This document shows, one piece after another, positions 1-5,545 of a stretch of 12,202 nt of DNA. The DNA comes from a virus: IMG/VR virus record IMGVR_UViG_3300036828_000401; one strand, written 5' to 3'. The stretch's first letter is position 1, and every line of letters starts with the position of its first letter. The position numbers and the translations under genes were made by a program. The notes beneath the pieces were generated by a model. The model saw only the letters and a program-made list of their open reading frames with translations, was not told where the DNA came from and did no database searches.

Positions 1-312
1 GGCATGGGCATAGGCGCGCCAAACCGGACCATGATCCGATCGGCCGTGTTCATGGGTTTGTATGACGTGTGCTAGTTCATGCAAGAACACGTCGCGCAAA
101 CCTTCGCCGCTTAGGCGACGATGCAAACCAACGCTTTCTTTGTAGCGCTCGCCTGTCGCGATGCTGCGCGTAGACTTGTAGTAACCTGCGCGCCTTATTT
201 GGCGCATCCGTACTACCGGAATCCGCGCGATGGCCGGCCATTGGTCGCCCGCAACTTTGTGTAGCGTATCGATTAAGCCTAGTGCTCGCGCGTAGTCTTG
301 GATTGTTTCCAT
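1..312 (-). CDS. SprT-like zinc metalloprotease domain protein (C-terminus beyond left edge)
   Basis: Manual minus-strand translation from the ATG at 312 is open to base 1: METIQDYARALGLIDTLHKVAGDQWPAIARIPVVRMRQIRRAGYYKSTRSIATGERYKESVGLHRRLSGEGLRDVFLHELAHVIQTHEHGRSDHGPVWRAYAHA. HELAH plus HG..W is the SprT-like signature. The start carries an exact GGAGACAGGCACAATG leader. The ORF track lists only a competing frame (77..343). Confidence 0.85.
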   Translation of the reverse strand, partial: METIQDYARALGLIDTLHKVAGDQWPAIARIPVVRMRQIRRAGYYKSTRSIATGERYKESVGLHRRLSGEGLRDVFLHELAHVIQTHEHGRSDHGPVWRAYAHA

Positions 313-325
313 TGTGCCTGTCTCC
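310..325 (-). promoter_or_regulatory. start-associated sequence, exact GGAGACAGGCACAATG
   Basis: Plus strand reads cattgtgcctgtctcc; includes Shine-Dalgarno and start codon. Confidence 0.85.
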
Positions 326-339
326 GATCGATTTTCGTT

Positions 340-438
340 TCAACCTTGCTTAACTTGTCTTGGTGAGAATAGAAAGCAAGTAATCTTTGGGTTGGCTTCG
401 GCTCGCGAGCCAATTAGCGCCCACATTATGATATTCAT
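340..438 (-). CDS. small hypothetical protein, 32 aa (MNIIMWALIGSRAEANPKITCFLFSPRQVKQG)
   Basis: Internal ATG of ORF 340..537, placed exactly after the conserved leader at 436-451. Confidence 0.5.
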   Translation of the reverse strand: MNIIMWALIGSRAEANPKITCFLFSPRQVKQG

Positions 439-623
439 TGTGCCTGTCTCCCTTGGTTCTCGATTAGCTCGAAATGATAGATTGTCTCTTGGTCTAGGCC
501 ATTGCGCACATTGTGTAATCGATAGCATGGCCAGCAAACTAAAAGGCCTTGGTCTTTATCGCGGCCGCACATAGGACAATGTTCGCTAGCGCGGATGTTT
601 GGATAATCGATTGTGTAATTCAT
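435..623 (-). CDS. small putative zinc-ribbon protein (CPMC...CWPC)
   Basis: MNYTIDYPNIRASEHCPMCGRDKDQGLLVCWPCYRL...; two CxxC motifs; GGAGAG Shine-Dalgarno upstream. Confidence 0.6.
   Translation of the reverse strand: MNYTIDYPNIRASEHCPMCGRDKDQGLLVCWPCYRLHNVRNGLDQETIYHFELIENQGRQAQ
436..451 (-). promoter_or_regulatory. start-associated sequence, exact
   Basis: cattgtgcctgtctcc on plus strand. Confidence 0.85.
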
Positions 624-1435
624 GCTGCTAATCTCTCCGATACAGCCTTAGCCCTAGCTTGGTTAACCTTGGTCTTGGGCGAGTATGAACTTAGGCCTTT
701 AAGCGCCTTTAGCGCTTCGGCCGCTCGCGAACCTTTAGGTTGAACGCTATGAATTAACAGCGCGAATTGATGGCACTTAGGATCAAAGGCGTGACTATCA
801 TCGTGGTCAATCTCAAGGCCTAAGCGCGAAGCTTCTTCGATCGAAAAGACTACGATCGCGGATCGAAGATTGTGCTTTTGAATAAGACCATCCCATAGCC
901 CGCCATAGCTCGCAGTTATAATCAGGTTTGCTGGCACGCTAGCGCGATTGTCAATCCATGTTCGGATAGACTTAGTGTAAGCGTAGAAAATGAGCGAAGG
1001 GTTACGCTTCGCAACTTCGCACCAAGCTAGAAAATACGCTTGATTAAAGAAGTCTCCCGAAACGTGGATACGGATAACGTTGGTCTTAGCCGGAAGGGTT
1101 AAGAGCGATCGCGAGATTAGATCCGCCATCGCGGCACTATCGTTTAGGTGCTTCTTGAGCAGATCGAAGTTATGCCAGCGCTGGCGTCTAGTGTCCTCAT
1201 ACTGGTTTTCTTCATTCGCAGCGAAGCATTGAAACGCCAAAGGCAGATCCGAATTGGTATTGGTTAATCCGCCTTGGCGTCCAACCTTGGCCTTGCAAAG
1301 GCTGGCACCTGGGCAGGTCCATCCGGCCGGTAAGCTAATTGTCTTGGCGTAGATTCCCTTGGTGCGCAAAGCGCGAAGCTTCGCGTTGGCGTCCGAGAAT
1401 TTGAGCCAACCTTTACTAGAGTAAACTTTTTTCAT
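620..1435 (-). CDS. phage protein resembling the GP88 (gene product 88) family
   Basis: Start trimmed to the ATG at 1435 (MKKVYSSKGWLKF...) after an exact leader. Contains TCPGASLCKAK...FQCFAANE and IRIHVSGDFFNQAYFLAW...FYAYTKS, similar to the CPGA..C/CYA and HVSGD/YTK motifs recalled for this family. Confidence 0.6.
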   Translation of the reverse strand: MKKVYSSKGWLKFSDANAKLRALRTKGIYAKTISLPAGWTCPGASLCKAKVGRQGGLTNTNSDLPLAFQCFAANEENQYEDTRRQRWHNFDLLKKHLNDSAAMADLISRSLLTLPAKTNVIRIHVSGDFFNQAYFLAWCEVAKRNPSLIFYAYTKSIRTWIDNRASVPANLIITASYGGLWDGLIQKHNLRSAIVVFSIEEASRLGLEIDHDDSHAFDPKCHQFALLIHSVQPKGSRAAEALKALKGLSSYSPKTKVNQARAKAVSERLAA

Positions 1436-1448
1436 TGTGCCTGTCTCC
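1433..1448 (-). promoter_or_regulatory. start-associated sequence, exact; second ctgtctcc at 1474-1481
   Basis: cattgtgcctgtctcc on plus strand. Confidence 0.85.
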
Positions 1449-1509
1449 GAATCCTTTTCGGTCAAAGGATTAACTGTCTCCGATCTATTAGACGTAGCGA
1501 AGCGCTTGG

Positions 1510-1575
1510 TTATTCAACGTTAGCTAGCCAAATAAGAAAACCGATTATTATGCCGATTATCACTAAGATAAACAT
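1510..1575 (-). CDS. 21-aa putative membrane micropeptide (MFILVIIGIIIGFLIWLANVE)
   Basis: Below the ORF-track size cutoff. ATG at 1575 directly follows an exact GGAGACAGGCACAATG leader; peptide is almost entirely hydrophobic. Confidence 0.6.
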   Translation of the reverse strand: MFILVIIGIIIGFLIWLANVE

Positions 1576-1588
1576 TGTGCCTGTCTCC
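1573..1588 (-). promoter_or_regulatory. start-associated sequence, exact
   Basis: cattgtgcctgtctcc on plus strand. Confidence 0.85.
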
Positions 1589-1590
1589 GC

Positions 1591-2007
1591 TTAGATTGCT
1601 CGCGAGCTATCAAACGTTGCGCTGTTAACGATCGCGGTAATATCCGCATTGTAGAACATGGTAAATCGGTTTGGTCCCATCCGCTTATGGCCTTTCTCCG
1701 CGCCTAGGTATTCTGGCCATTCTTCAAAGCGGAACATGATGCAAGCGCGGCCGTCTAGAAGATTGTGGTGTGCCATCACATAGACGCTAGCACTAGGCCG
1801 ATTGCGCAATCGCGCGTGAAAGGTTACCTCTCCCATAACTGCAGATCCGCCAGCATTGTAGCGAACGGCCGATACTTCAAACGCGCGTGTTTCCAATTCG
1901 CGCTTGATAGCTCGCATAACCTTTCTGGCCTGTAATTCCCATGATCGTTTATTGTCACTAACCGCGTCTCCGCGATTGACGCCTAGTAACTTGCTCATTG
2001 TGTCCAT
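1591..2007 (-). CDS. hypothetical protein (MDTMSKLLGVNRGDAVSDNKRSW...)
   Basis: Start trimmed from 2064 to the ATG at 2007, directly after leader variant GGAGACAGGAACAATG. Confidence 0.65.
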   Translation of the reverse strand: MDTMSKLLGVNRGDAVSDNKRSWELQARKVMRAIKRELETRAFEVSAVRYNAGGSAVMGEVTFHARLRNRPSASVYVMAHHNLLDGRACIMFRFEEWPEYLGAEKGHKRMGPNRFTMFYNADITAIVNSATFDSSRAI

Positions 2008-2028
2008 TGTTCCTGTCTCCCTGTCTCC
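2005..2028 (-). promoter_or_regulatory. start-associated sequence, one mismatch, with tandem second GGAGACAG
   Basis: Plus strand cattgttcctgtctccctgtctcc. Confidence 0.8.
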
Positions 2029-2105
2029 AATACTTAGAACTGACCTAAGCGCTTGGTTATTCATTCAATTTGCGTTTCAACCTTGCTAACGTAGTCTTGG
2101 TGCCT

Positions 2106-2348
2106 TTAGTCCAAAACCCGTGCGATACGATCCGCAAAATCACTAGCCTTAACCGCGCCGTCAAAGCACTTAGACGCAAACGTGATATAACCCGAAGCTT
2201 TCGCGTTCTTAGAAAACGTCAAAAGTACTTCGCTCATAGCGTTGGCGATTGCTTCCATGCTGTAGTGTTCGCTTAGGTCGCGGATCGTGTTCTCTAGGTT
2301 CGCTCTCTCGCGATCGTTATACGCTTCCCGGTAGTTTGCTCGTTTCAT
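2106..2348 (-). CDS. hypothetical protein, 80 aa (MKRANYREAYNDRERANLENTIRDLSEHYSMEAIANAM...)
   Basis: Start trimmed to the ATG at 2348 after leader variant GGAGACAGGGAAAATG. Confidence 0.65.
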   Translation of the reverse strand: MKRANYREAYNDRERANLENTIRDLSEHYSMEAIANAMSEVLLTFSKNAKASGYITFASKCFDGAVKASDFADRIARVLD

Positions 2349-2361
2349 TTTCCCTGTCTCC
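2346..2361 (-). promoter_or_regulatory. start-associated sequence variant GGAGACAGGGAAAATG
   Basis: Plus strand cattttccctgtctcc; two mismatches to consensus. Confidence 0.8.
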
Positions 2362-2380
2362 TTAATTTGCCTTGCTAGGG

Positions 2381-2412
2381 AGACAGGCCTAGGGTTTGAC
2401 CTAGGCCTGTCT
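2381..2412 (-). repeat. perfect 13-bp inverted repeat with 6-nt loop
   Basis: Plus strand AGACAGGCCTAGG-gtttga-CCTAGGCCTGTCT. Confidence 0.85.
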
Positions 2413-2423
2413 AGTACCAAGGT

Positions 2424-3044
2424 TTAATAGATAGACTTGTCTCCGATCGCGTTCTTGCCTTTGACGGTAATCGCGCCGGCCTTATTGAGATATCCGGCGT
2501 CAATCAAGCTAGCTTTGGCGCTATTCCAACGATCGCGGGTTATAGGTTCGGGTTTGCTCGGATCGAATCTTCTAGACGATCGCATGTCTTCGATTGCCAT
2601 ATCGCAGCGATCGCGGCCGGCGTATGAGCTTTTACGACCGCGCGTATAGGCCAGCACCAAGGTTTGATCTTCGGTTAGCGCGGCCGATTGCTCGGTTATC
2701 AGAAGCGCTGCGTTAGATGGTCCAACAATGATGGTTAGACCTAGGTCTTTACCGCAAAAAATTGTGTGTTGGACGCAAGCAAACCCGGCCGGGATAGTCA
2801 CGCTATCAGCGCCTTGGATCTGCCGATCGAAACCCGATTGCGCTGGCATGGCCATTGTTTCGTACGTAGTCAGATTGACAAACGTGAAATAGTCGCGTGA
2901 TCCGCCATCCCAATAGGATCTAACGTCTATGGGATAGTCGCGAATTTCGATCGCGAATTTCTTACCGCGATATGCTGGAAACGCTACGCCAACGATCCGC
3001 GAAGTAAGCGGATCAAGCTTGTCTAGATAAATTCGGTTAGCCAT
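2424..3044 (-). CDS. hypothetical protein, 206 aa (MANRIYLDKLDPLTSRIVGVAFPAY...)
   Basis: Start trimmed to the ATG at 3044 after an exact leader. Confidence 0.65.
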   Translation of the reverse strand: MANRIYLDKLDPLTSRIVGVAFPAYRGKKFAIEIRDYPIDVRSYWDGGSRDYFTFVNLTTYETMAMPAQSGFDRQIQGADSVTIPAGFACVQHTIFCGKDLGLTIIVGPSNAALLITEQSAALTEDQTLVLAYTRGRKSSYAGRDRCDMAIEDMRSSRRFDPSKPEPITRDRWNSAKASLIDAGYLNKAGAITVKGKNAIGDKSIY

Positions 3045-3057
3045 TGTGCCTGTCTCC
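3042..3057 (-). promoter_or_regulatory. start-associated sequence, exact; second ctgtctcc at 3062-3069
   Basis: cattgtgcctgtctcc on plus strand. Confidence 0.85.
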
Positions 3058-3130
3058 TTATCTGTCTCCTTTATAGATTGGACGCCAAAGCGCTTCGGTT
3101 TATTCAAAGCGCCTTGGCAATATCGATCGG

Positions 3131-3373
3131 TTAATCTTGACGTTGACCGCAATTGAGGCAATCGCAATCGGGCGGATGGCTATGGCAATCAATCTCGTCT
3201 ATGGTCGCAAAATCCGCGACTTGACCATTAGGCCAGCGCCAACGGGTTAGGCGGCCGAATTGATAAACTCGGACGCCACAATATCTACAAGCTTTACCGT
3301 AGTAAGCATTGCGTTCGCCGGATGGCGGGATAAACCGAACCTTGATCCAATTGTGTTTCGATCGTTCATTCAT
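3131..3373 (-). CDS. small putative zinc-binding protein (CRYCG...CDCLNCG)
   Basis: MNERSKHNWIKVRFIPPSGERNAYYGKACRYCGVR...HPPDCDCLNCGQRQD; leader GGAGACAGGCACTATG at the start. Confidence 0.65.
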   Translation of the reverse strand: MNERSKHNWIKVRFIPPSGERNAYYGKACRYCGVRVYQFGRLTRWRWPNGQVADFATIDEIDCHSHPPDCDCLNCGQRQD

Positions 3374-3386
3374 AGTGCCTGTCTCC
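3371..3386 (-). promoter_or_regulatory. start-associated sequence, one mismatch (GGAGACAGGCACTATG)
   Basis: catagtgcctgtctcc on plus strand. Confidence 0.8.
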
Positions 3387-3395
3387 CTGAATTGG

Positions 3396-3491
3396 CTATT
3401 TAGTCGCGATCGCGACTACGGTTAGAACGCAAACGCCAACGGCCGAAGCGTAGAACGCAAGGCCGAAGAACCAAAGTACTTTGTCTATCAT
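3396..3491 (-). CDS. 31-aa putative single-pass membrane peptide (MIDKVLWFFGLAFYASAVGVCVLTVVAIATK)
   Basis: Below ORF-track cutoff; preceded by shortened leader GGAGACAGGCATG; hydrophobic core. Confidence 0.6.
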   Translation of the reverse strand: MIDKVLWFFGLAFYASAVGVCVLTVVAIATK

Positions 3492-3501
3492 GCCTGTCTC
3501 C
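3489..3501 (-). promoter_or_regulatory. start-associated sequence, shortened (GGAGACAGGCATG)
   Basis: catgcctgtctcc on plus strand. Confidence 0.7.
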
Positions 3502-3682
3502 ATTTCAGATTCTAAACGCGCTATCCATATATAGCGAAGCGCTTAGCTTGTGTCTATAGATGAGACGCAATCGGCCTAGGATATATTCAACCTAGGGAGA
3601 GAATAGGTTGGACGCTATCGGACGAAGCGCTGTTAAGGCCTGTCTTGGCTATCCGGCCGAACGGCCGTCTAATAGATCCTAA

Positions 3683-3713
3683 GTTAGTCCAAACCCAACG
3701 GGTTTGGTCTAAC
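3683..3713. repeat. near-perfect inverted repeat, 14-bp arms with one mismatch and 3-nt loop
   Basis: gttagtccaaaccc-aac-gggtttggtctaac in the divergent intergenic region; no adjacent T-run. Confidence 0.8.
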
Positions 3714-3815
3714 GCCTATTCGCTCTAGCGTCTCACACCATTGCCAACGGGCTACGCGGGTTAACCTAAAGTGCATTGGTGAGTATTCGCGAATTACTAT
3801 AGGTATTAGTACCAC

Positions 3816-3848
3816 GTCAGGAGTAGCACCCTGGCTGTCAGGAATAGC
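3816..3848. repeat. two 12-bp direct repeats, 21 bp apart
   Basis: gtcaggagtagc (3816-3827) and gtcaggaatagc (3837-3848). Confidence 0.6.
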
Positions 3849-4077
3849 GGAATGACTGACTATTCATGGGTAGCGGGTGATCGCATAAAGACGATTATGT
3901 CAACTAGCGCCGCCTATGCGCGCTGAGAGCGCGCGGGGGAGGGACTGTGCGCGCGGGGATACCTTACCGGCCCACCCTTTCGCGGTAGGCTCTCCCCGAA
4001 TGTAACGTATCAACCCGCGTCTCTTTTCACTGGGGGGATTTCCTGGTAGGGGGAGGGGAGGACAATGGGGGGCAGTC

Positions 4078-4320
4078 ATGTTGATAGATGAAGTGACGGC
4101 GATGTCCAAGTCCCAGCAGGCACGCGCCAATGTGTTGGAGCGGCTGCGTATCGAGCTGTGGCACTTGGACTTCATGGACCAGACCAAGGTCGCCGAAGAA
4201 TTAATCAGCGACCTGACCGTGTGCTTGCAGCAGGCGCGCAGTAAGAAGGTCGAGTCCCTCCCCAGACCCAGCAGCAGCGCCAAACTGTTACCTCCCTTTG
4301 TGCCAAAGAAACAGCCCTAG
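4078..4320 (+). CDS. hypothetical protein
   Basis: MLIDEVTAMSKSQQARANVLERLRIELWHL...; first plus-strand ORF of the right block. Confidence 0.6.
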   Translation: MLIDEVTAMSKSQQARANVLERLRIELWHLDFMDQTKVAEELISDLTVCLQQARSKKVESLPRPSSSAKLLPPFVPKKQP

Positions 4321-4465
4321 GCTTTGACATAGCGCTTGCCCAAGTGCTACGGTTCCTCCGGACTAAGCTGATTCTTTCCGAAAGGATCAGGGCTAAGGAG
4401 AGCTGCTACGACATTACTCGCTCGATTTCAGGCAACGACGCACACCTATCTCCGGGGAGAATCAA

Positions 4466-5041
4466 TTGACCATCACCGAAGCGCTCGCAGAGATAAAGAC
4501 CATCGCTAAACGCATCGCGACCAAGCGTGAGTTCGTAGCCGGCTATCTGCTGCGCCATGAGGAAATCAGAGACCCGTTGGAAAAGGATGGTGGGTCCACG
4601 GAGCAACTACGCAGGGAGCGCCAAGCGATTGCAGATCTGGAGGAGCGGGTGATTGCCATTCGGGCGGCGATAGCCAACAGCAACGCCAACACCAAGATCA
4701 CGGTGGGTGGTATCACCCGGTCGGTCACTGAGTGGCTGGCGTGGCGCAAAGAGGTGGCCCCAGGTGCCGGGGTATTTCTCACCCAGCTTCGCAATCGCAT
4801 CGACCAAGTCCGTCAGGCTCAGGCCCGTGGTCAAGTCCCCAGAACCGTTGGTCCGGAACTGGCGGCCTTGTCGGTGCGTGCTACTGCGCGCTCGGGCAAT
4901 GAACGCGAGAAGCCCCCGGAGATCATCATCAATATAGATGAGAAGGCGCTATCTACTGAGAGCGAGAAGCACGAGGAGATCCTCGGCCAGCTCGATGGGC
5001 AACTGTCACTGAAGAACGCCACCACGGAAATCAGGATCTAG
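4466..5041 (+). CDS. hypothetical phage protein, 191 aa
   Basis: TTG start 6 nt after GGGGAGA; long open frame with charged helical character. Confidence 0.75.
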   Translation: MTITEALAEIKTIAKRIATKREFVAGYLLRHEEIRDPLEKDGGSTEQLRRERQAIADLEERVIAIRAAIANSNANTKITVGGITRSVTEWLAWRKEVAPGAGVFLTQLRNRIDQVRQAQARGQVPRTVGPELAALSVRATARSGNEREKPPEIIINIDEKALSTESEKHEEILGQLDGQLSLKNATTEIRI

Positions 5042-5046
5042 GTGAG

Positions 5047-5241
5047 ATGGATAACCAGCCTCACGTCGGAGTGTGTGTCTGCGGTTCCTACACCATGCTC
5101 TTTAGTTTTTGGTATCCCCCCGAAGTGGTAACTCCCAATGTTCAGTGGTACTGCCGCTGCTGTTGGGACTTGGCGGAGAGGCTGGATAAAAATCAATTGA
5201 CCCCTGAACAGGTTGCGAGACTCCGACGTGTACGGTCGTGA
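5047..5241 (+). CDS. small Cys-rich hypothetical protein
   Basis: MDNQPHVGVCVCGSYTMLF...WYCRCCWDLAERL; possible zinc-binding Cys pairs. Confidence 0.65.
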   Translation: MDNQPHVGVCVCGSYTMLFSFWYPPEVVTPNVQWYCRCCWDLAERLDKNQLTPEQVARLRRVRS

Positions 5242-5342
5242 CAGCGCTGCAAACGGTCAGAGTGATCAGCCTTGTGATCCTCGTGTTGGTGATACTCGCG
5301 ACGGTGGGGATCGCGGTGGACTATCTGGTGACCGTTCTATGA
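5238..5342 (+). CDS. 34-aa putative membrane peptide (VTALQTVRVISLVILVLVILATVGIAVDYLVTVL)
   Basis: Below ORF-track cutoff; GTGA overlap with the upstream stop and ATGA overlap with the downstream start. Confidence 0.55.
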   Translation: MTALQTVRVISLVILVLVILATVGIAVDYLVTVL

Positions 5343-5545
5343 CCGCACCAACGCCACGAGCGCAAAGGGCAAGGCTCTTCCGGGCGTTTGTCGCGGGGTG
5401 GAACGCCGCGCGGGGACTGCACCCCGACAATCGTAATACCGGAGAACTGATGCAGCAGGCGTGGCGCTTGTTCGAAACAGAGGGAAAGATACTCAAACCA
5501 AAAAAGGCTTTGGCAATTTCAACAGCGAAACGGGAGAAACGGTGA
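5339..5545 (+). CDS. small hypothetical protein, 68 aa
   Basis: MTAPTPRAQRARLFRAFVAGWNAARGLHPDN...; internal ATG of ORF 5213..5545, coupled to the upstream peptide. Confidence 0.6.
   Translation: MTAPTPRAQRARLFRAFVAGWNAARGLHPDNRNTGELMQQAWRLFETEGKILKPKKALAISTAKREKR

Noticed and set aside
77-343. Minus-strand 88-aa ORF from the track
   Set aside because: Out of frame with the SprT-like gene that covers the same DNA, has the conserved leader and a recognisable active site.
335-2102. Dispersed repeat cgtttcaaccttgct(t)aac..gtcttggtg at 335-365 and 2073-2102, with a weaker copy near 653-678
   Set aside because: Real similarity, but the first copy overlaps the 3' end of a small gene, and distances to starts are inconsistent; too little support to assign a function.
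310-3501. CRISPR array interpretation of the repeated cattgtgcctgtctcc
   Set aside because: Spacing is irregular and gene-sized, and every copy abuts a start codon; this is a gene-leader motif, not a CRISPR repeat.
3900-4283. Minus-strand 127-aa ORF
   Set aside because: Overlaps the plus-strand gene and GC-rich intergenic dyads; lacks the start-associated sequence found on real minus-strand genes.
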